Below, piece after piece: positions 1 through 9,790 of a stretch of DNA of 64,000 nt. This DNA is from Nitrospinota bacterium (GTDB lineage: Bacteria > Nitrospinota_A > UBA7883 > JADGGD01), in contig CALOCG010000031.1 in the NCBI GenBank assembly GCA_942491805.1, positions 20,514 through 84,513 of the forward strand, written 5' to 3'. The number at the start of each line of letters is the position of its first letter. Within the stretch, counting starts at the first letter, position 1. The position numbers were made by a program, and so were the translations under genes. Below the pieces are notes generated by a model. It was given only the letters and a program-made list of their open reading frames with translations, had not been told where the DNA came from and did not search any database.

Positions 1-105
1 CACCAGGTCGAAATCGGCGCGGCTCTGGCGGCGCAACATGCCGGTCAGCTCGCCGAACGCGAAGGGGTCGTTCCGGACCAGGAGATAGATGAGATGTTTG
101 TTCAT
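1..105 (-). CDS. hypothetical protein, N-terminal fragment (gene continues beyond the left edge)
   Basis: The reverse strand reads ATG (103-105) then MNKHLIYLLVRNDPFAFGELTGMLRRQSRADFDLV with no stop up to position 1. It is too short for the ORF track and I recognise no family. Confidence 0.3.
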   Translation of the reverse strand, partial: MNKHLIYLLVRNDPFAFGELTGMLRRQSRADFDLV

Positions 106-198
106 GGGGTTTCAATTATAGACCCTTGCGACGCTTTTCAGCCCATCTCTGTCGAATCTTTTGCGGCGCCGAAGTCCCTTTGCGACGATGGGCGCACT

Positions 199-229
199 AA
201 AAAACCCAGTCGGATAGACTGGGTTTTTT
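199..229 (-). terminator. rho-independent terminator hairpin (symmetrical, could act in both directions)
   Basis: A-run 199-204, stem CCCAGTC 205-211, loop ggata, stem GACTGGG 217-223, T-run 224-229. It lies downstream of the minus-strand gene 431..862. Confidence 0.65.
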
Positions 230-293
230 AGTTGTCGAGCCGGAGCAAGACCGGTACTGAGAAGCTACCACCACTTCTTCGTATATATTTCGG

Positions 294-327
294 GTCCGCC
301 AGCGGGGGAGTGGTTCCGCTGGCGGAC
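294..327. other. perfect 12-bp inverted repeat / hairpin in non-coding DNA
   Basis: GTCCGCCAGCGG (294-305) and CCGCTGGCGGAC (316-327) are exact reverse complements separated by a 10-nt loop. No flanking T-run; function unknown. Confidence 0.5.
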
Positions 328-430
328 AAAGCAGGGAGGCGGATAACGTGCGGGGGCACGTTGATCCTTTTCGGCCCTATCCAGTCGGCCGATCGTTTAG
401 CCTTCTAAAGCGTCGTTCGTCACTCCCTCG

Positions 431-862
431 TCAGTAGGTCGTCAATTCGTTCGTATTCGGTTCGGCGCCCCCCAGCGGCGCGGCGCTCTTCGCATTCGTG
501 TTGACCATCGTCTCGTCGGCGATCAGGTCGAGCTCTCGTCGGACCGAGTAGGCCAAGTCGCGGGTCCGTTCGTTTTCCGACCGGGCCATCAGCCGGGCGG
601 CTCCTTCGCGCAGAAGGGGAAGCCCCTCCGCGCCGTAGGTCGCCCGGGCCTCTTTCACCAGTCGTTCCACGTCGGGCCCTTTGGCGCCACTCACCGCACG
701 GGCGATCATTCGTTCGCCGACGGTGGTCATCGCCCCCTCTTCGACCCGATGAGAGGCGTGGTTCGTCATCATCGGCGTCTGGTCCACATAGGCCACCGCT
801 AGAATCGTGCAACCGATCATCAAGGTGATGATCGCGGTTACCGGCAGGTTGATGGCATCCAT
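431..862 (-). CDS. hypothetical membrane-anchored protein
   Basis: ORF 431..889. A hydrophobic helix (LPVTAIITLMIGCTILAVAYV) follows the internal Met, so ATG at 860-862 is the more plausible start. The remainder is soluble and Ala/Arg/Glu-rich. No family recognised. The overlapping ORF 420..875 is an Arg/Gly-rich shadow frame. Confidence 0.45.
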   Translation of the reverse strand: MDAINLPVTAIITLMIGCTILAVAYVDQTPMMTNHASHRVEEGAMTTVGERMIARAVSGAKGPDVERLVKEARATYGAEGLPLLREGAARLMARSENERTRDLAYSVRRELDLIADETMVNTNAKSAAPLGGAEPNTNELTTY

Positions 863-1055
863 GTTTACTCTCCAATCGATACGATCCATAACAAAAGCAA
901 CGAACGTGCCGTTTTTGGTATCATGGCCATAGCATTAATAATCATGTAGTTGCGTGTTCAAACATCATGCAGGTTCTCATCGCCCCCCTTATTGACGGCG
1001 ATTTTCTTCAATCCTCCTACCAAAATGAGGGATGCCCCTCATCTATAATGGGAGG

Positions 1056-2875
1056 ATGACCGACCGATTCCACCATCTCCGCGACACTCTCGACTCGTTG
1101 CCGACCGAGCCGGGGGTCTATCGCATGAAAGACGCCGCCGGAACGACCCTCTACATAGGGAAGGCCAAGAGTTTGCGGCAACGGGTGAGAAGCTATTTCC
1201 AATCGGGTGCGGCGTTGTCGTCGCGGATCGCTCTGATGGTGGGAAGAGTGGCCGAGATCGATCTGGTGGTCACCGCTTCCGAGATGGAGGCGTTGGTTCT
1301 CGAAGACAATATGATCAAAGAGAGCCAGCCGTTCTATAACGTCTTGCTGAAAGACGATAAAAACTTCCCCTATCTGAAACTGACCGCCGAACGGTATCCC
1401 CGGTTGACTCTCGTCCGCAAAATCGAAAAGGATGGCGCCGCCTACTTTGGGCCCTACGTTTCGGCGGCGTCGGTCCGCTCGACCATGCGTCTGATCCAGC
1501 GGCTCTTCCCGTTGCGGCAGAGTAAAGACGATCTCGACAAAGCGCCGGTTCGCCGCCCCTGTCTGAACTTTCAGATGCGCCGCTGCCTCGGCCCATGCGC
1601 AGGGGAGGCGACGCCGGAAGAGTATGCGGCGGTGGTGGAGCAGGTGAAACTCTTCCTGAAAGGGAAGAACGACGAGCTGTTGGCGCTGATGGAAAAGGGG
1701 ATGTGGGAGGCGGCGAACGGCGAACGGTTCGAAGTGGCCGCCCGGTTGCGCGACCAGATCGAAGGGGTGAAACGGCTCAACGAGCGACAGTCGGTCACCA
1801 CCGCCGGAGACGCCGACGAAGATGTGATCGCCGCCTGCGAACAGGGGGGAAGGGGATCATCAAGATCTACCAGGTGCGAAACGGCAAGTTTCGGGGGGAG
1901 CGACACTTTATCTTCGACCGGCTCGACCGGCTCGACCGGGCCGAAGCGCTCGGGGCGTTCATACGCCAGTTCTATACCGGCGGCATGGAGATACCACGCG
2001 AGGTGCTGGTTCCCGAACCCCCCGACGGCGTCGAGCAGTTAGAAGAGCGATTGTCGGCGACGAAGGGGCGGAAAGTCTCCATCGTCGTGCCGCAACGGGG
2101 ACGGAAAGCCAAGCTGGTCGAGATGGCGGAGAAAAACGCCGCGCTAAAGCTGGCCATCATGGTCAATTCCGAAGAGGGGCTGCAAACGGGGTTGGCGGAA
2201 ATAGCCGAAAGAGTCGGGTTGGAAGAACCGCCACGGGTCATCGAAGGGTACGACATATCGCATACGTCGGGGTTGCACGCCGTCGGGTCGGTGGTGGTCT
2301 TCACCGAAGGGGTGGCGACGAAAAAAGAGTATCGGAAATATAAGATCAAAACCGTGGTTGGGACCGACGACTTCGCCTCGTTGGCCGAGGTGATCGAACG
2401 CCGTTTCATCCGGATGGCGAGGGAAGGGGGGGAGTTCCCCGACCTGTTGCTGATCGACGGCGGAAAAGGGCAGATATCGTCGGTGGTGGCTGCGTTCGAG
2501 CGGATCGGGATCGAGCCGCCACCGATCCTCGGTGTGGCCAAAGGGAGCGACCGGGAGAATAGCGAGACCGACGTTTTCATCCGGCCCGGTGGCGAGACGG
2601 CGCCTTTCCCTCCGTCGTCGGCAGGAAGGCATCTGTTGCAACGGGTTCGAGACGAGTCGCACCGGTTCGCCGTGGCGTATCACACGAGTTTGCGCGACGG
2701 GAAGATGACGAAGTCGGCGCTGGACGAGATTGAAGGGGTCGGGGCGAAGAGAAAGCAGCTTTTGCTGAAGACGTTCGGTTCGGTGAAAGGGATACGGGAA
2801 GCGTCGGTGGAGTCTATCGCGGAGGCGTTGAAAGTGAGTGTGGCGGTGGCGGAGAGGATACACTCACCGCTTTAA
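1056..2875 (+). pseudogene. uvrC: excinuclease ABC subunit C (UvrC), frame interrupted once (possible sequencing artefact)
   Basis: The GIY-YIG region (EPGVYRMKDAAGTTLYIGKAKSLRQRVRSYF) is in ORF 1032..2042. The rest of UvrC (KIYQVRNGKFRGERHFIF ... GVGAKRKQLLLKTFGSVKGIREAS) is in ORF 1595..2875, a different frame. The sense switches at the G6AA run 1844-1851, where one base appears to be missing. Likely start is ATG 1056 (MTDRF). Confidence 0.9.
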
Positions 2876-2887
2876 ACAGGGTGCCCT

Positions 2888-3310
2888 ATGAGTAATTGCG
2901 CGTGTTGGGATGTGTTCAGAGAGTTGGGGGAGGGGGACATCCTGACGATCGTCACCATCCTCACCGACGCCGCCACCGTGTACGACGACGAGATCGCCGC
3001 TTTGTTGCAGGTGACGGCGGAGGAGGTGGCCGCCGAGATGGCGGCGGGCGTTCGCTACTTCGGCGCCGAGATGACCGCCGACCTCGTCGCCGTCTGCGCC
3101 GTGGAAGAGGGGGCGACCGGTTTCACCCTGACCCGGCTTGGCGTCCTGCCGCCGTTGCAAGGGTTCGGCGTCGGCGGCATGCTGTTGCGCGACCTCATCA
3201 AAGAAGTGACGAAAGAACGCCCCCTCACCGTCCACCTCCCGGAACCGCTCGCCGGACTCGCCCCGTGGTTCGAAAAGATGAGGGTGGAGCTAGAATTATC
3301 TAAGAAGTAG
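2888..3310 (+). CDS. GNAT-family N-acetyltransferase (putative)
   Basis: 140-aa ORF. LGVLPPLQGFGVGGMLLRDL fits the Q/R-x-x-G-x-G/A acetyl-CoA pocket of GNAT enzymes. The last ~8 codons lie in the AT-rich tract that begins near 3283. Confidence 0.5.
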   Translation: MSNCACWDVFRELGEGDILTIVTILTDAATVYDDEIAALLQVTAEEVAAEMAAGVRYFGAEMTADLVAVCAVEEGATGFTLTRLGVLPPLQGFGVGGMLLRDLIKEVTKERPLTVHLPEPLAGLAPWFEKMRVELELSKK

Positions 3311-3343
3311 AATGATCGTACTATAAAGAATGCTTGGAAAAAT

Positions 3344-4261
3344 ATGGCTGTAATTAATCCTGACGTCTTGCAACACCTAGAGAATGCTCTGGCTACTGGA
3401 TTTGAGTATCATCGTCAGTTGGATAATTTCCTTATTCAATCTGGCGTTGATAGGCGGCAATTGGATGAAGCGAGAAGGAAAGCAGAGGCAAGAAATGTCA
3501 AATATGAAAAAGCTCCAAAGCGATATGTGGTGCAAGATTTGCTGGAGGTGCTGAGTGCTTGCGGCAATGACGGAATTGAACAGCTGACAAATATTGCCTC
3601 GAATGTGGCTAAGAGTGAGGTTGTTCAGCAGTCTCCTAGCAAGCTAGCTTTGATGAAATTGCTAAAGGATGTCAGAGAAGAAAAGCAGTCGACAGAAAGA
3701 GAAAAAAGATTGTGGCTAATTGAAAAACAGAGGAAAGAAGCTGAAGAAAAAATTCGGATTAAAAGGGATCAGGCACGAGAGGATTTGAAACAACGTTATT
3801 TAGGAATGTTGTCGTCTGACGATAACCCTCATTCTAGAGGTCGAAATCTTGAAATTCTTATGAAAGAGCTACTTGAGATAGAAGGACTGGTTCCGAAACA
3901 TTCCATTAAGCGGACCGGAGAGGAAGTTGATATAACGTTTGAAGTTAATGGGCAGACATATTTCCTTGAAGCAAGGTGGAAGAAGGAGAAGAGCGATTCA
4001 AAGGAAGTACGGGATTTTGTTGGTAAATGTGAACACATTCACGTCGATGCTCGAGGAGTGTTCCTCTCCATTGTTGGGTTTACCGTTGGCGCAGCTGAAG
4101 TTCCGAGAAAAGGGGAGTCTAGGATCATATTAATTGATGGCACACACATTATGAATGTACTGAATGGGGCTACTGCGTTTGGTGAAATGTTGAGTCAGAT
4201 GGTCCGGAAGGCCTGCGAAACAACAAAAATGTATTTCCCCGGATCAGAGTATTTGAATTAA
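3344..4261 (+). CDS. Mrr-like restriction-endonuclease-fold (PD-(D/E)xK) protein with N-terminal helical and coiled-coil regions
   Basis: 305-aa ORF in a visibly AT-rich block flanked by G+C-rich genes. The C-terminal half (RGRNLEILMKELLEIEGL ... GEEVDITFEVNGQTYFLEARWKK ... VRDFVGKC ... GVFLSIVGFT) follows the Mrr_cat pattern (helix, D, E-x-K, then v..f.g and a small hydrophobic strand). The middle is a charged coiled coil (EREKRLWLIEKQRKEAEEKIRIKRDQARE). Confidence 0.6.
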   Translation: MAVINPDVLQHLENALATGFEYHRQLDNFLIQSGVDRRQLDEARRKAEARNVKYEKAPKRYVVQDLLEVLSACGNDGIEQLTNIASNVAKSEVVQQSPSKLALMKLLKDVREEKQSTEREKRLWLIEKQRKEAEEKIRIKRDQAREDLKQRYLGMLSSDDNPHSRGRNLEILMKELLEIEGLVPKHSIKRTGEEVDITFEVNGQTYFLEARWKKEKSDSKEVRDFVGKCEHIHVDARGVFLSIVGFTVGAAEVPRKGESRIILIDGTHIMNVLNGATAFGEMLSQMVRKACETTKMYFPGSEYLN

Positions 4262-6255
4262 CCCCGCACCCTGGCGTTCCGGTCCGCTTCGATGCGGCGC
4301 ATGGAGTCTTCCCAATCGATGGCGTAGAGGTTATAGCGGCGTCCCGATAGCCCGTCGAGTTCCGCCCAGCCGATCTCTTGACAGGCGATGAGGGGATTCT
4401 CCTTCACGCTGTTGTAGACGATGTAGGAAACGAATATCAGGTTCTTCTCCGGGTAGGCGGCTTCGTCGATTTTCGTTTCGGTCAGGTCGGCGAAAGGCAT
4501 CCCCTGTATCCGACCGGCGGCGACTATCGGCGGGCCGCTCCGCTCGCCGCCGTCGTCCACTTTCGTTTCGCCGAAGTCGATGCCGACACGCAGATCGATC
4601 CGGCTCCCCTCTTTGGCGTTCCGGTTCATTTCGTCGAGGGCCGCCATGGTCTCCACCGCCACGACCACGGCGTTGTTGGCGGTTTCGAAGACCGCAAGGT
4701 AGCCGTCGCCGAGCCCTTTGGAAAAGAGGCATCCTTTCCCTTTGGCTTTCACGAGGAAAACCTCTTCGAGCGTTTTGAACAGCGAGAAGATATGAAACGC
4801 CCCATGTTGCTTCATGATCTCGGCGGACCCGGCCATGTCGACATACATCACCGCTTCGGAGCGGGTCTCCCGGAAGACGGTGGAGGGGAGCATCTCGGTC
4901 GATGCGGCGGTGAGCGGCTCTTGGGGCGGGGTGATGTCGCTGGTAGGGCGCCGTTCGGTCACCGCCTGTTTGAAGTTTTCGATGAAGGTGATGTTCCCCC
5001 GGACGGTTTTGGCGAATCCTTCCTCGGCCAGCCGGTTGAACGATTCGAAATCGGCGATCGACTCTTCTTCCATGCCGATGGCATGTTTGGCCATGGCTCG
5101 GTTGTGGTAGGGGGGTGGGTATCCCGGCATCAGCAGGATCGCTTTCGAGTAGTCGGCGATAGCCCCTTTTTTGTCGCCGGTGGCCGATTTCATGGCGCCC
5201 CGGTTGTTATAGGCATAGGCGTGGTTCGCATCGATACCGAGGGTGGCGGAGAAGTCGTGGAGCGCTTTCGTTTTGTCCCCCATCGCCGCCCGGGTGTTTC
5301 CCCGGTTGTAGTAGGCGGCGGTCAACCGGGGGTTGCGTGCGATGGCGCGGGTATAATCCCCCACCGCCTCTTCGTAGCGCCCCAACGACGAGAAGGCGTT
5401 GGCCCGGTTGTAGTAGGCGTCGGCGTAGGTCGGGTCGGCTTTCACCGCGTGACCGTAATCTTCCAGCGCCTCTTCCCTGCGCCCGAGGGTCATCTTCACG
5501 TTCCCCCGGTTGTTCCAGATCATCGGCGAAGTGGCGTCGAGCGCCAGCGCGGTATCGTAATCGCCCAACGCCTCTTGGGGCTGGCCACTGGCGTAGCGGG
5601 CGTTCCCCCGGTTGTAGTAAGCCAAAGCGTAGGAGGGGTGGGCGTCGATGGCGGCGTCGTAATCTTCCAGCGCTTCGGTCAGTCGCCCTAACTCTTCCAG
5701 TGCGATGCCCCGGGGGTTGTGGGCGCGCGCGAAGGTCGGATCGATCTTGAGAGCGGCGGAATAATCATCCACCGCCTCGGCCTTTCTTCCCATGGACGAT
5801 TTGGCGGTTCCCCGGTTGTGATAGGCCGCCGGGTTTTTCGGGTCGAGTTCGATGGCCCGGTCATAGTCGTAGATCGCCTGTTGCGTATAGCCGAGGGCCG
5901 CTTTGGCGTTCCCCCGGTTGTTGTAGGCGAGCGCGTACGACGGGTCGAGCCGGATCGCTTCGTCATAATCGGCGATGGCTTCGGTCCGTCGTCCCAGCGC
6001 GTCGAGGGCGTTTCCCCGGTTGTTGTAGGCGACGGCGTAGCCGGGTTCCAATCGGACCGCGGCGTCGAAATCGAGGATCGCTTCGTCCTTTTTGCCGATG
6101 GCGGAGCGGGCCGAGCCTCGGTTGTTGTAGGCGGCGGCATGACGTGGATCGAGGGTGATGGCCCGGTCGAAGGCGGCGATGGCGTCGGTATAGCGCCCTT
6201 CTTTGTAGAGGGCCACCCCTTCGTCGAACGGTTTGTCGCGGGGATCGCTGGGCAT
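4258..6255 (-). CDS. TPR-repeat protein with C-terminal class III adenylate/guanylate cyclase-like domain
   Basis: 665 aa. About a dozen consecutive 34-aa TPR units carry the recurring A-Y-x-N-R-G signature. They are followed by VMYVDMAGSAEIM ... SKGLGDGYLAVF ... RVGIDFGE ... IVAAGR, which matches the metal-Asp, K-x-x-G-D and x-A-x-R motifs of class III cyclases. Confidence 0.75.
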   Translation of the reverse strand: MPSDPRDKPFDEGVALYKEGRYTDAIAAFDRAITLDPRHAAAYNNRGSARSAIGKKDEAILDFDAAVRLEPGYAVAYNNRGNALDALGRRTEAIADYDEAIRLDPSYALAYNNRGNAKAALGYTQQAIYDYDRAIELDPKNPAAYHNRGTAKSSMGRKAEAVDDYSAALKIDPTFARAHNPRGIALEELGRLTEALEDYDAAIDAHPSYALAYYNRGNARYASGQPQEALGDYDTALALDATSPMIWNNRGNVKMTLGRREEALEDYGHAVKADPTYADAYYNRANAFSSLGRYEEAVGDYTRAIARNPRLTAAYYNRGNTRAAMGDKTKALHDFSATLGIDANHAYAYNNRGAMKSATGDKKGAIADYSKAILLMPGYPPPYHNRAMAKHAIGMEEESIADFESFNRLAEEGFAKTVRGNITFIENFKQAVTERRPTSDITPPQEPLTAASTEMLPSTVFRETRSEAVMYVDMAGSAEIMKQHGAFHIFSLFKTLEEVFLVKAKGKGCLFSKGLGDGYLAVFETANNAVVVAVETMAALDEMNRNAKEGSRIDLRVGIDFGETKVDDGGERSGPPIVAAGRIQGMPFADLTETKIDEAAYPEKNLIFVSYIVYNSVKENPLIACQEIGWAELDGLSGRRYNLYAIDWEDSMRRIEADRNARVRG

Positions 6256-6276
6256 CGTTAGACCTTGCGGGGCGCG

Positions 6277-8289
6277 TCAGGCAAGAGCTTCGGCTGCGCC
6301 CGGATGGTGGGGGAACGGCTCGTTGGCGGAACGGCTCTTTCGCCAGTCGACGAGGAAGATGTCGTACCGTTGCCCGCCGAGCCCTTTCAGTTCGGCCCAG
6401 CCGAGCTCGCGGGTGACGAAGGCCGGATCGTCGGCGATCGATTTGTAGACCGCGTAGGTGATCAGGAGTCGGTCTTTGTAGGGATAGTCTTCTTCTTTCA
6501 CCTTCAGCAGGCTGAAAGCGTCGGGGCCGATTTTTTCCAACCGGGCCGCCGCCGTCACCGGGATGCCGATCCGGTCGTTATCGTGAACCACTTTCGTTTC
6601 ACCGAAGTCGATGCCGATGCGGATGTGGAACCGATATTTTTCGTAGGCGGTTTTGTTGTAGCGGGCCAACTCGTCGAGAATCTCGACGGCGGCGGCGGTG
6701 GCCTGAGCGGGGCTATCGAAGATCGCCATGAAGCCGTCGCCTAACCCTTTGCGGTAGGCGCATCCCCGTCCGCGTGCCTTGTCGTTGAAGGTGTCTTCGA
6801 TGAACTTGAACAGCGAGAAGAAATGGAACGCTCCGTAGACGTTCATGATCTCGGTGGAGTTGACCATGTCGAGGAAGAGGGCCGCTTCGTTTTTGGTGTC
6901 TTTGAATAACGAAGCGGGGGTCCGGCTGGCGGGGGCGGCGTGGATTTCGTCGGGGGTTTCGAGTTGGGAGAGGTCGCCGCCTGAGGCCATGGCCGCTTTG
7001 TACTCTTCGATGAAGGCCCGGTCACGCTCCACGGCGTGGGCCATCGAAGGGTCGGCGAGCCGGATGAACTCTTTGTAATCGGCTATCGCCTCTTCGGTCT
7101 GCCCCATGGCGAACCGGGTCCGCGCCCGGTTGTGATAGGCGACGGCGTAGGAGGGGGCCAGCCGAATCGCCTCGTCGAAATCGCCGCTGGCTTCCCGGCG
7201 CCGGTCGAGCCCCAGCTTCATGTTCCCCCGGTTGTTGTAGGCCGGGGCGTGGTTCGGGTCGAACCTGATGGTCTGGGAATAGTCGGCTATCGCCTCTTCC
7301 CGATGTTTCATCGCCGCCTTGGCGTTGCCGCGGTTGTAGTAGGCGACGGTCAGTTTCGGTTCGATGGCGATGGCCCGGTCGTAGTCCGCCACGGCCCCGG
7401 CATGGTCGCCGAGATCGTATTTGGTGTTTCCTCGGTTGTAGTAGGCCTCGGCGAAATCGGGGTCGAACTTGATCGCGTGTTCGTAGTCTTCCAACGATCC
7501 CATTTTGTCGCCGAGAGCTTCTCTGATGTTCCCCCGGTTGTTGAAAGCCAGCGAAAACTTCGGGTCGATGGTAATGGCTTGGTCGAGATCGTCCATCGCC
7601 TCTTTGAGACGCCCCATAAGGAACCGGACACCGGCCCGGTTGTAGTAGGCCAGCGAGTAGCGAGGATTGAATCGGATGGCGAGGCTATAGTCCCGCTCGG
7701 CCTCTTCCCGGCGTCCCAGGTCGTCTTTGGCTTTCGCCCGGTTGTTGTAGGCCCGTGCGAACCGGGGGTTCAAACGAATCGCTTCGTCGTAATCGGCGAT
7801 CGACTCTTCCTTCTGCCCCAACGACCCTTTGGCCGAACCACGGTTGTGATAGATGGTGGGGTTTTTCGGGTCGAGTTTGCTGGCTCTGTCGTAATCGTGG
7901 ATCGCCTCGTCGAACTGCCCCAGGGAGAAGCGGGCGTTTCCCCGGTTGTTGTAGGCGTTGGCGTAGTTGGCGTCTATGGCGATGGCGGCGTCGTAGTTTT
8001 TGATCGCCTCCTCTTTTTTGCCGAGGGCGTCGTGGGCGTTTCCCCGGTTGTTGTAGGCGACGGCGTAATCGGGCTCGATTTCGATGGCCCGGTTGAAATC
8101 TTCGATGGCCTGTTCCTTGAGCCCCAAAGCCGACTGGGCGGAGCCGCGATTGTTGTAGGCGGGGGCGTGGCGCGGGTCGAGCCGGATCGCTTCGGTGAAG
8201 TCGGCGATGGCGGCGTTGTGATCGCCCGACTTGTAATGGTCGATGCCCCGCTCGAAATAGGCTTTCGCGTCGCTTAAAGTGTCGGCCAT
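6277..8289 (-). CDS. TPR-repeat protein with C-terminal class III cyclase-like domain (paralogue of 4258..6255)
   Basis: 670 aa with the same architecture. Cyclase motifs are ALFLDMVNSTEIM ... RKGLGDGFMAIF ... RIGIDFGE ... VTAAARLE. It ends 21 nt upstream of the next gene's start, so the two are probably co-transcribed. Confidence 0.75.
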   Translation of the reverse strand: MADTLSDAKAYFERGIDHYKSGDHNAAIADFTEAIRLDPRHAPAYNNRGSAQSALGLKEQAIEDFNRAIEIEPDYAVAYNNRGNAHDALGKKEEAIKNYDAAIAIDANYANAYNNRGNARFSLGQFDEAIHDYDRASKLDPKNPTIYHNRGSAKGSLGQKEESIADYDEAIRLNPRFARAYNNRAKAKDDLGRREEAERDYSLAIRFNPRYSLAYYNRAGVRFLMGRLKEAMDDLDQAITIDPKFSLAFNNRGNIREALGDKMGSLEDYEHAIKFDPDFAEAYYNRGNTKYDLGDHAGAVADYDRAIAIEPKLTVAYYNRGNAKAAMKHREEAIADYSQTIRFDPNHAPAYNNRGNMKLGLDRRREASGDFDEAIRLAPSYAVAYHNRARTRFAMGQTEEAIADYKEFIRLADPSMAHAVERDRAFIEEYKAAMASGGDLSQLETPDEIHAAPASRTPASLFKDTKNEAALFLDMVNSTEIMNVYGAFHFFSLFKFIEDTFNDKARGRGCAYRKGLGDGFMAIFDSPAQATAAAVEILDELARYNKTAYEKYRFHIRIGIDFGETKVVHDNDRIGIPVTAAARLEKIGPDAFSLLKVKEEDYPYKDRLLITYAVYKSIADDPAFVTRELGWAELKGLGGQRYDIFLVDWRKSRSANEPFPHHPGAAEALA

Positions 8290-8383
8290 CGTTTATCGCA
8301 ATGATTGTTGAGTAGCTACGATGATAATATGAACCGGGCGGCGCTTAAACCTTTATCCACACGCCGACGCCCGACGAGAGACG

Positions 8384-9094
8384 ATGGATTTACTGGAAAC
8401 AGGGCTCTCCCGGTTCCTTATGGACCGATTGCCTCCCCCCCTTCGGGTGACGCTGACCGACAATCGGCGGGCGATGTTCAGCTATCGCCGCCGTCCCGAC
8501 GGAGTGGGGGAACTGCGGGTGGCCCGCTATTTCGCTCTGGCCGACCACGAGACCCTCGAAGCGTTGGCCGCCTATCTGACCGGCAAGAGCCGCCGTCTGT
8601 CGCCGTTGGTCCGCTCCTTCGCCGACCGGCAGGCCCCCTCCGTCGATCGGACCAAAGAGGCGCGACGTCGCGCCCGTCCGGCGGGGGAGCATTTCGACCT
8701 TGCGGCCGTTTCCGCGAAAGTGAGGGGAGAGTCGTTCCCCGCCATGGAGCGGGTGACCATCACCTGGGGACGACGCTCCACTCCGACCAAGGGGAGAGCC
8801 CGCAAACGAACGATCCAGCTCGGGTCGTATCAACCCGACGGCGACCTGGTGACCATCAACCCGGCGCTCGACGCCCCCTACGTCGCGCCGGTCTATCTGG
8901 AGATGGTGGTCTACCATGAGCTCCTCCACCGACTCCAAGCTCTCGACACCCCCAAAGGGGTTCGTCCCCGGTTGGTCCACGACGCCCGGTTCCGCGGGGC
9001 CGAACGACGGTTCCCCGGTTACGACGAGGCGATGGCGTGGGAGAAGGCGAACCTCGCCCGGCTCCTGACCGACCGGCAGGAAACGAAACGGTGA
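8384..9094 (+). CDS. DUF45/SprT-like zinc metallopeptidase-fold protein (HExxH)
   Basis: 236 aa. ITWGRR...[17 protein letters not shown]...[14 protein letters not shown]...[15 protein letters not shown] resembles the YgjP/DUF45 pattern (rWGSC ... i.ln..L ... HEL.H ... H...F ... P.y). Confidence 0.55.
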   Translation: MDLLETGLSRFLMDRLPPPLRVTLTDNRRAMFSYRRRPDGVGELRVARYFALADHETLEALAAYLTGKSRRLSPLVRSFADRQAPSVDRTKEARRRARPAGEHFDLAAVSAKVRGESFPAMERVTITWGRRSTPTKGRARKRTIQLGSYQPDGDLVTINPALDAPYVAPVYLEMVVYHELLHRLQALDTPKGVRPRLVHDARFRGAERRFPGYDEAMAWEKANLARLLTDRQETKR

Positions 9095-9102
9095 AAGGGA
9101 AC

Positions 9103-9790
9103 ATGCCCGATCTTCCCCCTCCGGGCGATCTGAGCGATTTCGATATCGGCCACGCGGTCCGCACATTGCGCCGATGGATCAAGAAGTGGAAAGTCCCGGT
9201 GGTCACCATGTATAGCCGGACCAATCTCCGTCCGGCGTTTCAGGTGCTCATCTCTTGCTTGCTCTCGCTGCGGACCCGCGACGAACAGACGGCGGCCGCC
9301 TCGGCCCGTCTCTTCGCGGTGGCCGACACGCCGGAGGGGATCGCGGCGTTGCCGGTCGAACGGATCGAGAAGCTGATCTACCCGGTCGGTTTCTATCGCA
9401 ACAAGGCGAAGTCGGTCAAGGAGGTCTGCCGCCTGCTGGCGGCCGAGCATGAGAGCGAGGTCCCCGACGATATCGAGACCCTGCTCACGTTGCCGGGGGT
9501 GGGGCGGAAAACGGCCAATCTGGTGGTGACGCTCGGGTTCAACAAACCGGGGATCTGTGTCGACACCCACGTTCACCGGATCTGCCATATCTGGGGCTAT
9601 GTCTCGACGAAAAATCCCGACGCCACCGAGATGGCGTTGCGGGAGAAGTTGCCAAAGCGGTACTGGATTAAGATTTAACGACCTGCTGGTCAGTTTCGGC
9701 CAAAACCTTTGCCATCCGGTGTCGCCGAAATGCAGCCAATGTCCGTTGCTTGATGTCTGCCCACGCCTGACGGTGACCCGCCATAGGTGA
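9103..9790 (+). pseudogene. nth: endonuclease III (Nth), frame interrupted once near the 3' end (possible sequencing artefact)
   Basis: The HhH-GPD core ([11 protein letters not shown] ... [13 protein letters not shown] ... VDTHVHRI) is in ORF 9037..9678. The [4Fe-4S] loop (NDLLVSFGQNLCHPVSPKCSQCPLLDVCP) is in ORF 9557..9790. Removing one T from TTT 9674-9676 would give YWIKINDLLVSFGQ. Likely start is ATG 9103 (MPDLPPP). Confidence 0.9.

Noticed and set aside
4378-8277. Long plus-strand ORFs (4378..5691, 5719..6261, 6265..6744, 7036..8277) antisense to the TPR-cyclase genes
   Set aside because: They are Gly/Arg/Val/Pro-rich low-complexity translations with no motifs. The opposite strand encodes clean TPR units and a cyclase domain. 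These are typical shadow ORFs of G+C-rich repetitive coding DNA.
4258-8289. Regular ~102-nt periodicity in the DNA, considered as a possible CRISPR array or other non-coding tandem repeat
   Set aside because: The periodicity is the 34-codon TPR unit of two long intact ORFs. The repeats are imperfect at DNA level and have no spacer/repeat structure, and there are no cas genes.
3344-8289. Nuclease + cyclase genes as a Pycsar/CBASS-like cyclic-nucleotide defence operon
   Set aside because: The nuclease is convergent to the cyclases, not co-transcribed with them, and has a very different base composition, implying separate origin. It shows no cyclic-nucleotide-binding domain. The cyclases are large TPR signalling-type proteins. 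Kept only as separate findings.
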